A DNA stretch of 64,000 nt. Origin: Bacteroidia bacterium (GTDB taxonomy: Bacteria; Bacteroidota; Bacteroidia; UKL13-3). Every line of letters starts with the position of its first letter. The first letter of the stretch is position 1. A model generated the notes under the pieces. That model was not told where the DNA came from and searched no databases. It saw only the letters and a list, made by a program, of their open reading frames with translations. The position numbers were made by a program, and so were the translations under genes. Shown in pieces: positions 10,311-21,249 of this stretch. Where the stretch lies: contig JAGPCK010000007.1 of NCBI GenBank assembly GCA_018058135.1, positions 1,815 to 65,814 on the forward strand. Reading direction: 5' to 3'.

Positions 10311-11273
10311 GTGCCTGCTGTACTTAATCAAATCAAATTGTTCTCCGGTACACAGTCAAGGTACCTGGCAGAAAAGATTGCAGAGGCCTATGGCACGCAG
10401 TTAGGTGACCTGAGTTTTTCTAAATTCAGTGACGGGGAGTTCCAGCCCAGCTTTAATGAATCTGTTCGCGGATGCGATATTTTCATTATCCAATCCAGTT
10501 TTCCTCCGGCAGATAACCTGATGGAAATGTTGATGGCTATTGATGCCGCCAAGCGCGCTTCGGCCCACTACATTACGGCTGTAATCCCGTATTTTGGTTT
10601 TGCCCGTCAGGATCGTAAAGATAAACCCCGCGTTTCTATCGGTTCCAAAATGGTGGCCGATATTTTAACTGCAGTAGGTGCCAGCCGTGTAATGACCATG
10701 GATTTACACGCTCCTCAAATTCAGGGATTCTTTAATATTCCGGTGGATCACTTAGATGCTACCAGCATTTATATTCCTTACATTAAGGGCCTTAACCTGC
10801 CCAACCTTACCATAGCAGCTCCTGATATGGGAGGCTCCAACCGTGCCCGCTATTACGCCAAAGCGTTAAATGCTGATATTGTTATTGTAGACAAAGAGCG
10901 TAAACGTGCCAACGAAATAGCTTCCATGACCGTAATAGGTGATGTGAAAGATGCCGATATCGTAATCGTAGACGATATGGTGGATACTGGAAATACCTTG
11001 GCCAAATCAGCAGCCATGTTAATGGATAAAGGAGCCCGCAGTGTGCGAGCCATATGTACACACCCGGTTCTTTCAGGCAAAGCTTATGAAACCATTGCCA
11101 ACTCTGTTTTGGATGAGTTGATTGTATCAGATACCATTCCTTTACAAAAACAAATTGACAAAATAAAAGTGTTGTCTTCAGCACAATTGTTTGCCAAAGC
11201 TATACGTAATGTACACGAGCATGGTTCTATAAGTACCCTGTTTGCGGTAGATACACAAGGACAAGCTAAATAG
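10311..11273 (+). CDS. prs: Ribose-phosphate pyrophosphokinase (PRPP synthetase)
   Basis: 320 aa. Motifs: KLFSGTQSRYLAEKIA, PYFGFARQDRK, and the PRPP-binding loop IVDDMVDTGNT. The start codon is GTG. Confidence 0.9.
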   Translation: MPAVLNQIKLFSGTQSRYLAEKIAEAYGTQLGDLSFSKFSDGEFQPSFNESVRGCDIFIIQSSFPPADNLMEMLMAIDAAKRASAHYITAVIPYFGFARQDRKDKPRVSIGSKMVADILTAVGASRVMTMDLHAPQIQGFFNIPVDHLDATSIYIPYIKGLNLPNLTIAAPDMGGSNRARYYAKALNADIVIVDKERKRANEIASMTVIGDVKDADIVIVDDMVDTGNTLAKSAAMLMDKGARSVRAICTHPVLSGKAYETIANSVLDELIVSDTIPLQKQIDKIKVLSSAQLFAKAIRNVHEHGSISTLFAVDTQGQAK

Positions 11274-11311
11274 AATTTCTTTTAATTAAATTTATATAAA
11301 CAACAAGCATC

Positions 11312-11878
11312 ATGAAATCAGTAGCAATCTTCGGAAACGTAAGAAAGGGTCTTGGAAAAGCTGACAGCCGCGAGCTTCGCAGTGAAGGCAAAGTTCCATG
11401 TGTTCTTTATGGCGGAAAAGAGAATGTGCACTTTTCAGTTTACGTTTCTGATTTCAAAGAATTGGTGTACACACCAAGCACGTACTTAGTAAAACTTGAC
11501 ATTGACGGAGCTATTTACAAAGCGTCATTGCAAGAAGTTCAGTTTCATCCGGTAAATGACGTTATTATTCACGCAGATTTTCTGCAGGTAACTGATGACA
11601 AGCCGATTATTATTAACATCCCCGTTCGTATCACAGGTAATTCTCCCGGTGTTCGCCAGGGTGGTAAATTACAACAGCGCTTGAAGAAGCTTAAAGTAAA
11701 AGCACTTCCGGCTAACCTGCCCGATTTTGTGGAAGTAAATATCGATTCATTGGAGATGGGTAAATCCATTCGTGTGAACGAGGTTACCGCCAAAAATATC
11801 CAGATTTTGGATGAGGGTTCAAATCCTGTTGTATCTGTAGTGGCTACACGTGCTTCTAAAGAAGCTACCACAGCTTAA
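11312..11878 (+). CDS. rplY: 50S ribosomal protein L25 / general stress protein Ctc
   Basis: 188 aa. Motifs LRSEGKVPCVLYGG and HPVNDVIIHADF, plus the extended Ctc-type C-terminal domain. It has the conserved position next to pth. Confidence 0.85.
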   Translation: MKSVAIFGNVRKGLGKADSRELRSEGKVPCVLYGGKENVHFSVYVSDFKELVYTPSTYLVKLDIDGAIYKASLQEVQFHPVNDVIIHADFLQVTDDKPIIINIPVRITGNSPGVRQGGKLQQRLKKLKVKALPANLPDFVEVNIDSLEMGKSIRVNEVTAKNIQILDEGSNPVVSVVATRASKEATTA

Positions 11879-11900
11879 TTAGCCGTTAATCAACAGCCTG

Positions 11901-12461
11901 GTGAAATACTTAATAGCCGGACTGGGTAATATTGGTGCCGAATACGACCACACCCGACACAACATCGGTTTTGACGTAGTTGAACATTTAGCCCGTTTAC
12001 ACAATACAGCATTTAACTTAGACAGACTTGCCTACGCAGCCGAAATAAAGCTGAAAGGCAGGTCTGTTTGGCTTATAAAGCCTACCACTTATATGAATCT
12101 GAGTGGTAAAGCAGTTCAGTACTGGATGCAAAAGCTCCATATTCCTAAAGAAAATGTACTAGTGATAACAGATGATCTTTCCCTCCCTGTGGGTAAACTG
12201 CGTTTTCGCCCTTCAGGCAGTGATGGCGGTCACAACGGGTTAAAGAGCATCAGTATGCACCTGGAAGGCAATGAATATCCGCGGTTGAGATTTGGCATCG
12301 GGAACAATTTCCCAAAAGGCCGTCAGGTTGATTTTGTATTGGGGAAATGGGATATTGACGACCAGATAGTAGTGAACAGCAAAATGGATGACTGCGCCAA
12401 AGCAATAGAAAGTTTTGTGTTGGCAGGGCTCAACATTACCATGAATCAATATAATAAGTAA
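11901..12461 (+). CDS. pth: Peptidyl-tRNA hydrolase
   Basis: 186 aa. Motifs LIAGLGNIGAEYDHTRHNIGF, YMNLSGKAV and GHNGLKS. The start codon is GTG. Confidence 0.9.
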   Translation: MKYLIAGLGNIGAEYDHTRHNIGFDVVEHLARLHNTAFNLDRLAYAAEIKLKGRSVWLIKPTTYMNLSGKAVQYWMQKLHIPKENVLVITDDLSLPVGKLRFRPSGSDGGHNGLKSISMHLEGNEYPRLRFGIGNNFPKGRQVDFVLGKWDIDDQIVVNSKMDDCAKAIESFVLAGLNITMNQYNK

Positions 12462-12517
12462 TAAATCACCACACATTTCGTTTCGAAATTCTATATTCGA
12501 GCAAATTCTTATCGTAC

Positions 12518-14962
12518 ATGAGTAATTCAAAATTAAAAGCATTGTACCCTCACGCCATAGCGTTGGGAATTTTTCTGGCATTGGCCGGAATTTATTTTAT
12601 GCCTGTTTTGCAAGGCAAAGTAGCCAATCAACATGATGTGAGTATGTGGAAGGGCGCCTACCAGGAAGTAGGGGAGTTCAAGAAAAAGACGGGTGAAACC
12701 ACTATGTGGAGCAACGCTATGTTTGGTGGAATGCCTTCTTATACTTACGGGGGCTTGGAGAGCAAAGCCAATATCACCCCTTACATTGATGGTATGATGA
12801 AACTTTGGTTGCCCAGCCCCATGGAAACCATTTGGTTGTTGATGTTATGCTTTTACATTTTTTTAATCAGCTATGGCGTATCTCCCTGGTTGGGTGTATT
12901 GGGTGCCATTGCTTACGGGTTTTCCAGCTATAATTTTATTAACCTTGATGCGGGTCACCTTACCAAAGGTTGGGCCATTGCCTATCTCCCGCTCATATTT
13001 GCCGGTTTAAACATCACCATGCGTTACAACAAATGGTTGGGCGCTGCTGTAACAGGCTTAGCCATGGCACTTGAGCTCAACGCGGGTCACATTCAGATTA
13101 CGTATTATGCCATGTTGCTGGTGGTTATTTGGGGCGTTGTTCAGCTTATTTTTGCTATCAGGGAAAAACAGATCAAACAATTTGCAGTAGCCGCGTTATT
13201 TGCAGTGGCAGGTGCCGGAATTGGTGTGGGTACTGGCACTACGGGGTTGCTTATAGGTAGTGAATACGCCAAAGAAAGTCAGCGCAGCCCTTCAGAGTTG
13301 AGCGGTGATGAAGCCAATAAAACAACCGGTTTAGATAAAGATTATGCATTGGAATACAGTTACTCCATCACAGAGCCACTCACCATTTTAGTAGCAGATA
13401 TTTATGGAGGAGCATCGGTATCGCCTATCGGGAAAAGTTCTGCCACTTACAAAGCGTTAAAGGCAAACAATGTTCCTGATGCACAAATAAAATCATTTGT
13501 GGAACAAGCACCCACCTATTGGGGCGATTTACGTTATACGGCAGGTCCTACCTATTTTGGTGCAGTGGTTTGTTTTCTTTTTATACTGGGTTTGTTTGTG
13601 GTGAAGGGTAAAGAAAAGTGGTGGTTGTTGGCGGGTGCAATTTTCTCCATTCTTTTATCCTACGGTAAAAATTTCTCTCTGTTAACCGACTTCTTTTTTG
13701 ATCACGTTCTCTACTACAATAAGTTCAGGGCAGTAACCTTTATACTTATTCTTACGCAAATGTGTTTCCCGGCTTTGGGTATTCTGGCCCTGAAAGAATA
13801 TTTCAATTCAACACAGAAACAAGAACAGTTGAAAAAATCATTGGTATATGCTTTAGCTACGGTTGGCGGATTACTTTTTATATTAGTTGTTTCAGCCGGT
13901 ATGATTGATTTCTCAGCACCGGTAGATAAACAATTGCCCGATTGGTTGATAGAGCCTTTGCACAGCGACAGAGAAAGTATTATGCGCAATGATGCGTTAC
14001 GTTCATTGTTTTTTGTATTGGCTTCCTTTGCAGGCTTATGGTTTATGCTCTCCAAAAAAATAAAAGAAATGCAGGTAATAGGTTTGTTAGCTGCACTCAT
14101 CATTATTGATTTGTGGAGCGTAGATAAACGTTACCTGAATGACAAAGATTTTGTGTCGAAGAAAAAGCAACAGGAGTTTGTTCCAACTGCAGCAGATCAG
14201 CAAATTTTACAAGACCCGGCATTAAACTACCGGGTGTTTAATACTACTGTTAGTCCGTTTAATGATGCCACCACTTCTTACTTCCATAAATCCATTGGAG
14301 GTTACAGTGCGGCTAAGGTGCGCAGGTACCAGGATTTGATTGAAAAACAAATCGGTAACCAAAACATGCAAGTGTTCAATATGCTTAACACCCGATACTT
14401 TATTGTGAGCGACAACAACCGTCAGCCTATGGCACAATTTAATCCGGGCGCTTTAGGTAACGCCTGGTTTGTTCCCAAATATACTTTAGTTGAGGGTGCT
14501 GATGCAGAGATGGCTTCACTCAATGTAGATACTTTGGGTAACGGATTTAATCCGCGTGTGGAAGCATTTGCTGACAAGAAATTCTCGAACTACTTACAAG
14601 GTTTTACTCCTCAGTTTGACTCAACGGCTACCATTACGTTAACCGATTATAAGCCCAACCATCTCACGTATAAAAGTAAAGCATTGAGTGAGCAGTTGGC
14701 CATTTTCTCTGAGGTGTATTATGATAAAGGATGGAACGCATACGTTGATGGCAAACCTGTGGAACATATTCGTGCTAACTATGTGCTTCGAGCCATGCGC
14801 GTTCCTGCGGGGGATCATACTATTGAGTTTAAGTTCGAGCCCACCACTTATGCTAAAGGAGAAAACATTGCCCGTATTTTCACTATTACCCTATATGCGG
14901 GTTTTGTGATAGTAGGAGGTATGAGCGTGTTCCGTTATTTTAAAAATGATTCAGCCGCTTAA
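12518..14962 (+). CDS. YfhO-family polytopic membrane protein (GT-C-like glycosyltransferase)
   Basis: 814 aa. The N-terminal pattern (YFMPVLQGKVANQHDV...WSNAMFGGMPSY) and more than 10 TM segments are typical of bacterial YfhO proteins. Confidence 0.7.
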   Translation: MSNSKLKALYPHAIALGIFLALAGIYFMPVLQGKVANQHDVSMWKGAYQEVGEFKKKTGETTMWSNAMFGGMPSYTYGGLESKANITPYIDGMMKLWLPSPMETIWLLMLCFYIFLISYGVSPWLGVLGAIAYGFSSYNFINLDAGHLTKGWAIAYLPLIFAGLNITMRYNKWLGAAVTGLAMALELNAGHIQITYYAMLLVVIWGVVQLIFAIREKQIKQFAVAALFAVAGAGIGVGTGTTGLLIGSEYAKESQRSPSELSGDEANKTTGLDKDYALEYSYSITEPLTILVADIYGGASVSPIGKSSATYKALKANNVPDAQIKSFVEQAPTYWGDLRYTAGPTYFGAVVCFLFILGLFVVKGKEKWWLLAGAIFSILLSYGKNFSLLTDFFFDHVLYYNKFRAVTFILILTQMCFPALGILALKEYFNSTQKQEQLKKSLVYALATVGGLLFILVVSAGMIDFSAPVDKQLPDWLIEPLHSDRESIMRNDALRSLFFVLASFAGLWFMLSKKIKEMQVIGLLAALIIIDLWSVDKRYLNDKDFVSKKKQQEFVPTAADQQILQDPALNYRVFNTTVSPFNDATTSYFHKSIGGYSAAKVRRYQDLIEKQIGNQNMQVFNMLNTRYFIVSDNNRQPMAQFNPGALGNAWFVPKYTLVEGADAEMASLNVDTLGNGFNPRVEAFADKKFSNYLQGFTPQFDSTATITLTDYKPNHLTYKSKALSEQLAIFSEVYYDKGWNAYVDGKPVEHIRANYVLRAMRVPAGDHTIEFKFEPTTYAKGENIARIFTITLYAGFVIVGGMSVFRYFKNDSAA

Positions 14963-16484
14963 AGCAGGTTTGTTCTCATCCAAAGGTTTTCTTGCAGCCG
15001 CTTATTTGTTGCTGTGGATGCTTTTGGTGTTTGTGCATCATCAGTTGTTTCCTTACATTGATGATGATTCTTATATACACCTGCGCATTGTTCAAAATCT
15101 GTTGGAGCAAGGTGTGCCGTATTTTAATACAGATGAGCACATCATGTCTTCTTCCTCATCGGGCTGGACGATGTTCCTGTTTTTGTTTTTTAAAGTATTC
15201 GGGTACAAGCTCACTTTACTCCCTCTTTTGCATGCTACGGTACTCACCTTAGCAGTGTTTGTTTTTCAGTTACTCATTCTGCAACTGACCGATCTTAATC
15301 GCTTCTTGTCTTTTATAAGTTCGTCTGTATTAGTTATATCGGCTTGCCAGTTTGCTTCACTTGGGTACATGGAAACTACCTTTACATTGGCTCTATTGGG
15401 TTTTGGTGCGTGGTTGTATTATAGAGGAAATGCATGGGCATTTCTATTTCTGGCAGCTGCACCGTTTTTCCGTATGGAAATGTGGGCAGCATTTATTCTT
15501 TTTGCAGCAGGCGCGGTAATTTTTAAGCAGGTCAAACTGCTTCCTTCACTAGGTTTTTCGGCATTGGGTGCCCTGCCATTTTTTACCTACAACATGCATT
15601 TTTTCGGCACCAACGTTCCCAATACCATCGGGGCTAAATCGGTTATTTATGATTTAACGGCTATCAATACTTTGTTGAAAGAATGGTTCAGTTTTTTACA
15701 AGGCAATGTTGCAGGTAAGTACATTTCTGTTTTTTTAGTAGTGGTGTTTGTTGTACTGGTAGCTATTACCGTTGTGAGAAAGTTTGCAGAGGCAAACAAT
15801 TACTTGTTGATGGCCTTTGGAGTTGGGATTGCGATAGCGTACATATTCAAAAAAATTCTGGTGTTCCACTGGTACGTGCCCATTTATACCTTGCCTGTTT
15901 TGCTGGGTTGTTTCATTTGGATTGTTCGTGAGAGACGTGTAGCTTTTTCAGCGGTGTTATTGTTGTTGTTGCTTCCCTATATGTTTTTGTTTGCACAGGC
16001 AGTATATGCTTCGGTCACCGGAGAATTTCAGGTGTATAAAAACTTTAAACCGGGTAGCCGTGTGCAACAATATCTGCAAGTTTCGCAATGGTTGAATAAA
16101 AAGTACCCAAATGCTGTTTTAATGACTTCAGAGATTGGAGGATTAGGTTATGGCTTTGAAGGTAAAATCTTAGACGGTTGCGGGTTGATTTCTCCGGAAG
16201 CCATCAAGTACCATCCTATGAAAGTACCCGAACAAAGGACCAGTAGCTTAATTGGCGCCATCCCTTTAAAGTATGCAGAACAAAAAAAGCCTGAATTGCT
16301 GGTAAGTCTGGAGTCGTTTTGTGAAGAATTTTCTCACAGTAAATTCGCTCACGAGAAGTACTACAAAATTCAGTTGCCTGTTTTTACAGCCCGTGATTTG
16401 CGCCTTTCTCCCGATTCAACTATCTGGGGAAGTAATTTTTTGCTGGTGTATATACGCAAGGATATAGTTTCACATAATCAATAG
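14946..16484 (+). CDS. Polytopic membrane protein, GT-C-like (DDxYIHLR motif), function unknown
   Basis: 512 aa and highly hydrophobic. It has an early acidic motif YIDDDSYIHLRIVQNLLEQGVPYFN. Its ATG overlaps the YfhO stop by 17 nt, which suggests translational coupling. Confidence 0.5.
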   Translation: MIQPLKAGLFSSKGFLAAAYLLLWMLLVFVHHQLFPYIDDDSYIHLRIVQNLLEQGVPYFNTDEHIMSSSSSGWTMFLFLFFKVFGYKLTLLPLLHATVLTLAVFVFQLLILQLTDLNRFLSFISSSVLVISACQFASLGYMETTFTLALLGFGAWLYYRGNAWAFLFLAAAPFFRMEMWAAFILFAAGAVIFKQVKLLPSLGFSALGALPFFTYNMHFFGTNVPNTIGAKSVIYDLTAINTLLKEWFSFLQGNVAGKYISVFLVVVFVVLVAITVVRKFAEANNYLLMAFGVGIAIAYIFKKILVFHWYVPIYTLPVLLGCFIWIVRERRVAFSAVLLLLLLPYMFLFAQAVYASVTGEFQVYKNFKPGSRVQQYLQVSQWLNKKYPNAVLMTSEIGGLGYGFEGKILDGCGLISPEAIKYHPMKVPEQRTSSLIGAIPLKYAEQKKPELLVSLESFCEEFSHSKFAHEKYYKIQLPVFTARDLRLSPDSTIWGSNFLLVYIRKDIVSHNQ

Positions 16485-16535
16485 ATTACCTTTTATTTTA
16501 GGATTATTTCTTTAACTTGCTGTAAAATATAGCAA

Positions 16536-19500
16536 ATGAAAAATGCCATAATCTCACTGTTTCTGTTGTTTTTTATCTGTTCATCTTTGCATGCACAGGT
16601 AGATACCCCGTTTTTTTACACCAACGGAAAAATTTACCAGACGGTAACTTACGGTAACAAATTATACGTTGGCGGTAGCTTTACCAGCATAGGTTATTCC
16701 AATCCATATTTTGCAGTTGGCAACCTGCAGGGTGATTTTAAACAAGGAAGACACCAGCTAAACGGCATTGTTCATTGTTCCGCTTCTGATGGTGCAGGAG
16801 GGTGGTTTATAGGAGGTGATTTTACCAAAGCAGGTATTTACAATAGAAATTATTTTGCTCACCTTGATTCAGCAGGAAGGGTAACCACACTTGATTTAAA
16901 ACTCAATGGAAAAGTGAGAAGTCTTTGGGTTTATGCTGGACAACTTTATGTTGCAGGGTTTTTCACGCGATCAGATACACTAACCAGAAATTATGTACTT
17001 AGGGTAAACCTAGCTAATCAGAGGGTAAATAACTGGAACGCAAATATTCAAACTAATTCTTCCTTGTACATCTCACATATTGAAGCCACTGGTAATAGAG
17101 TTTATATATCAGGGAAAGGAAATGTTGTAATTAATGGTTCATCCAAAAAGTCAATATTCGCAGTAGACACAATTAGCGGAAGCTACATTAACTGGTCTCC
17201 TAATCTTCAACCCAATATCTATAGTAATTTTTCAGATTTTGCAGTGTATGGCAGCCAGCTGGTTTTGTTTGGTGCAGGGGATATTAACCAAGGCAATGCA
17301 TTCAATGTTGTTGATTCTGTTTGGGGAACAATTGTAGCAAACGGTCATAAAACAGTAAAAGGGACTATTGACAAAGTAAGTATTTCAGGTCATGATATGT
17401 TAATTGCCGGGGATATTGATTCTATTACCGGAGTATCGGGTGTTAAGGATGTATTTATTTACAACCTGCAAAACAAAACCTTCTATAACATTGGATTTGT
17501 AAAAAATACTTTGGCATCCTATTCAAATGTACCAGATCCTACTCATGTAAATTTTAACTTAGCTTTATTAACTGATTCCTCAGTGTTTCTAAGTGGATAT
17601 ATAGAAGTAGGTTCAAAATTCAGGAATACACTTCATGAATTTTATCGTAATACAGGTCAGCTTAAAAAGGTACATTCTTTAACAGGGCAAGCTTTTTCCT
17701 TAACTATTCAACAAGGGCAAATGCTTGTGGGGGGTAATTTTTTGAGTACCGGTGGATTTCCCGGAAACCGATTAGCTGTTTTTGATTTGAACACCATGTT
17801 ACCATTAGGTTCAAACACAACATTTAATAATACAGTTTTGAAAATACTTCCTGTTAACGGAAAAATATATGTTTCAGGAATGTTTGATTCAGTAAATAAC
17901 TTACCACGAAAATATATTACTGTTTTAGACACCGTAAATATAGCTGCTGATACTACCTGGAATCCTTCACCGGACTCTGTTGTTGTTGATATGGCTTATT
18001 CCGGTATTAGCAATAAGCTGTATGTATCAGGTACGTTCAGAAATATTGCCGGTTTACAAAGGAGGTGCATAGCCGCATTACATCCTTCAACTGGTGTTGC
18101 AGACGTTTGGGACCCTAATCCAAGAATGTATAATACCCAAAAGTATTGGGCAATAAATTCCTTAGCCGTTTTAGACTCATTTTTATTTGTGTCAGGAACG
18201 TTTGATAGCATTGCCGGACAAAGAAGAATCTCCTCCATTGCATCTTTTAAACTTACCCCAGCAGAGCAATTAGCTGCTTTTGGCACAAAAGGGCCTGGTA
18301 TTAATGTTAGAGAATACACCAAACTTATTTTTTTAAAGCATAATCAAAACATAATCGTGGGGGTTTCTGGTTTACTTTATGAGGAATCTGAAATGAATGG
18401 TTTTTATCTTTCAGGAGTTAATCCGAATTATCGTAACAATGGTGTGTATTTGTGTGAACCCGACAGTGGAAAAGTGATAAATAAAATTTATGGAGGTGAA
18501 GAAATAACAATATCATATAATTATAACTTTTCTGTGCCTTCATTACATATAGAAGGAAATACATTGTTTGCAGCAAATACATACCATGAAAGTTTTCCTG
18601 TCTATCCACCTTATTCAACGGTAGATGCTTGGTATGCTGATTCATTAATTTCTTTAAATGCCTGGAGTCAACCGACAAGCCAGTTGAAGAATGGAGCTAA
18701 CATTATTTTTGGTCCCGCTCCCAGAATCACAACTTTATTCAAGCACAAGAATTACCTGTATACAGCCGTTGGTATGTCAGGTCGTCAGTATTACCTTACA
18801 CGCTTGCTTCCTTCGCTTATGCCTATAACACATCCTAACTTATTTAAGGGGTATGTGTATATAGATGCGAACTCGGATGCAAAAATGCAAAAGGGGGAAA
18901 GAAAGTTGTCACATATTCCTTTGCTTTCTACTCATTACGTTAATCAACACCCTTACGATACCAGTTACAGAATTTATGTTGATTCTGGTAAAACAGTTAA
19001 CGTAAGATTAGATACAACTTGGTTGCGTATAAATTCACCTCATTTTAAAGTAGTACCTGATAGTTCCCGCTCTAAAACATTTAGCGGCTACTTTCAGTTA
19101 CAGGATTCTGTGAATTTTGCTATACAACCTAAGTATATCGCAAAAGATATGTCTGTTGATTTTAACTATATAGGTGCAAGAGTTGGACGCGAAAATCATT
19201 TATACATTACCATCAGAAATAAAGGTACAGTGAAAGATAGCGGGTGGGTAACTCTGGAACTTGATACCCAAGCCAGAATAAATATGCAGCAGGTAACTTC
19301 TACTCCAACTTTTGATACAATTATCGGAAACAGTGTACGTTGGAAACTTGCATCCTTCAGTTGGCCCGATATAAAAGCGATTAACTTTTCTTATACTATT
19401 GGTGCCACAGTTGCTCTTAACAAATTGCTAAGATTTACCACAATGGTAACACCGGTCTCAGGCGATACTGTTCCTGTAAACAATTTTGATACTGTTCAGC

Positions 19501-20213
19501 TGCTAACCCGAAACTCTTATGACCCCAACATGAAAGAGGTAACAGCACCATTGACACTTGGCAATGAGGTGGCTCTTTCCACACCGCAACTGGATTATAC
19601 CATTCATTTTCAAAACACGGGCAACGATGTGGCATTTAAAGTAGAGATAGCAGATACATTGAGCGAGCACTTGGACCTGAGTACACTTTTGGTTACTCAC
19701 TCGTCACATAACTACGCATACAAACTTCAAGGCCGGGTAATTACATTTACGTTTGATAATATCAATCTGCCGGATAGTTTTCGGGATGAACCGGGTAGTC
19801 ATGGTTTTGTGAGCTATACCGTTCAGCCTAAGCCCAACCTTGTTCACGGTACGGAGGTGCTTAACACGGCTTACATTTATTTTGATTTGAATACACCCAT
19901 CATCACCAATACTACACTTACTAGGTTTGTTAGCCAGTTTACAAGCCTGAAGGAATTGCATAAGTCGGGTATAAAGGTGTACCCAAATCCGTTTTCAGGT
20001 AAAGCGGTTGTTCAAACACAGATGATATTGGAGGAGCCACAGCTTATGTTGTATGATTTGCAGGGTCGGGTAATTTCGGTTCAATATCCTGCGGGTAATA
20101 CCAACTCGTTTGAAGTAGATGCGGGTCAGTTGTCCTCAGGTACTTACATATTGAAACTCACGGATAAAACCACAGGTTACTTTGCTTACTCAAGAATTAT
20201 CTTAAACCGATAA
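16536..20213 (+). CDS. T9SS-secreted repeat (beta-propeller-like) surface protein
   Basis: 1225 aa with a signal peptide (LFLLFFICSSLHAQ). There are many SGTF..I.G..R repeats and a YDPNMKEV...FQNTGNDVA conserved-repeat domain. The C-terminal Por/T9SS tail is KVYPNPFSGK...GTYILKLTD...RIILNR. Confidence 0.75.
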   Translation: MKNAIISLFLLFFICSSLHAQVDTPFFYTNGKIYQTVTYGNKLYVGGSFTSIGYSNPYFAVGNLQGDFKQGRHQLNGIVHCSASDGAGGWFIGGDFTKAGIYNRNYFAHLDSAGRVTTLDLKLNGKVRSLWVYAGQLYVAGFFTRSDTLTRNYVLRVNLANQRVNNWNANIQTNSSLYISHIEATGNRVYISGKGNVVINGSSKKSIFAVDTISGSYINWSPNLQPNIYSNFSDFAVYGSQLVLFGAGDINQGNAFNVVDSVWGTIVANGHKTVKGTIDKVSISGHDMLIAGDIDSITGVSGVKDVFIYNLQNKTFYNIGFVKNTLASYSNVPDPTHVNFNLALLTDSSVFLSGYIEVGSKFRNTLHEFYRNTGQLKKVHSLTGQAFSLTIQQGQMLVGGNFLSTGGFPGNRLAVFDLNTMLPLGSNTTFNNTVLKILPVNGKIYVSGMFDSVNNLPRKYITVLDTVNIAADTTWNPSPDSVVVDMAYSGISNKLYVSGTFRNIAGLQRRCIAALHPSTGVADVWDPNPRMYNTQKYWAINSLAVLDSFLFVSGTFDSIAGQRRISSIASFKLTPAEQLAAFGTKGPGINVREYTKLIFLKHNQNIIVGVSGLLYEESEMNGFYLSGVNPNYRNNGVYLCEPDSGKVINKIYGGEEITISYNYNFSVPSLHIEGNTLFAANTYHESFPVYPPYSTVDAWYADSLISLNAWSQPTSQLKNGANIIFGPAPRITTLFKHKNYLYTAVGMSGRQYYLTRLLPSLMPITHPNLFKGYVYIDANSDAKMQKGERKLSHIPLLSTHYVNQHPYDTSYRIYVDSGKTVNVRLDTTWLRINSPHFKVVPDSSRSKTFSGYFQLQDSVNFAIQPKYIAKDMSVDFNYIGARVGRENHLYITIRNKGTVKDSGWVTLELDTQARINMQQVTSTPTFDTIIGNSVRWKLASFSWPDIKAINFSYTIGATVALNKLLRFTTMVTPVSGDTVPVNNFDTVQLLTRNSYDPNMKEVTAPLTLGNEVALSTPQLDYTIHFQNTGNDVAFKVEIADTLSEHLDLSTLLVTHSSHNYAYKLQGRVITFTFDNINLPDSFRDEPGSHGFVSYTVQPKPNLVHGTEVLNTAYIYFDLNTPIITNTTLTRFVSQFTSLKELHKSGIKVYPNPFSGKAVVQTQMILEEPQLMLYDLQGRVISVQYPAGNTNSFEVDAGQLSSGTYILKLTDKTTGYFAYSRIILNR

Positions 20214-20259
20214 TTTTCCCAAGGAATACTTACTTTTGTGCTTTAAAGAAAAGTACATC

Positions 20260-21207
20260 ATGACGGAGAAAATATTGGTTGTAGGCTCATCGGGCCAAAT
20301 TGGTACTGAGTTAATTACAGAATTGCGTAAAATATACGGCAGTTCTAACGTAGTAGCTTCCGATTTAAAAAAGCCCGCTGCTTTTGAACTGGACGGCCCC
20401 TTTGAAGAACTTGATATTCTGAATCCGCAACGTTTTCATGAGATAGTAAAGAACCACGGTATTACTCAGGTTTACCTGCTGGCAGCCTTACTGTCGGCCA
20501 CTGCTGAGAAAAATCCGAAGTTCGCCTGGCAGCTGAATATGGACAGTTTGTTTCTGGTACTTGACGCTGCCAAAGAAGCTTTGATTAAGAAAGTATATTG
20601 GCCAAGTTCCATCGCGGTATTTGGTCCTACCACACCGCGCTTGCTTACGCCACAGTTTACCGTAATGGAGCCCAATACCATTTATGGTATCAGTAAACAA
20701 GCGGGCGAACGGTATTGCGAATATTACTATCAAAAATATAATGTGGATGTACGTAGCCTGCGTTATCCCGGATTAATCGGTTATAAATCGGCACCGGGTG
20801 GAGGCACTACGGATTATGCAGTACACATTTACCACGAGGCATTAAAAAATGGCAGTTACGAATGTTTCCTTTCAGAGAACACTACGTTACCCATGTTGTA
20901 TATGCCTGATGCCTTAAAAGCCACCATAGGCATTATGGAAACCGAAGCTGCTAATGTAAAAATACGCAGTAGCTACAACCTGGCAGGTATGAGTTTTTCT
21001 CCCAAAGAAATTGCGGCTGAAATTGCTAAACATATTCCCGGATTTACCATAAGTTACAAAGCCGATTCACGTCAACAGATTGCTGATTCATGGCCGCAAA
21101 GTATTAATGATGCAGAGGCCAAAGCACACTGGGGTTGGAAACCCGATTTCGATTTGGCGGGTATGACGGTAGATATGCTCAAACACTTGCGCGTTCCAAG
21201 TAACTAA
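20260..21207 (+). CDS. tdh: SDR-type NAD-dependent L-threonine 3-dehydrogenase / epimerase family
   Basis: Motifs: MTEKILVVGSSGQIGTEL (Rossmann), LLSATAEKNP, YGISKQAGERYCEYY (YxxxK), PGGGTTDYAV. It closely resembles the flavobacterial short-chain TDH sequences I remember. The first ATG is at 20260, and the track start is an upstream non-ATG codon. Confidence 0.75.
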   Translation: MTEKILVVGSSGQIGTELITELRKIYGSSNVVASDLKKPAAFELDGPFEELDILNPQRFHEIVKNHGITQVYLLAALLSATAEKNPKFAWQLNMDSLFLVLDAAKEALIKKVYWPSSIAVFGPTTPRLLTPQFTVMEPNTIYGISKQAGERYCEYYYQKYNVDVRSLRYPGLIGYKSAPGGGTTDYAVHIYHEALKNGSYECFLSENTTLPMLYMPDALKATIGIMETEAANVKIRSSYNLAGMSFSPKEIAAEIAKHIPGFTISYKADSRQQIADSWPQSINDAEAKAHWGWKPDFDLAGMTVDMLKHLRVPSN

Positions 21208-21249
21208 GGTTTCCTGTTTTATTCGGTATGTTTGTGCTGTACGTACCTC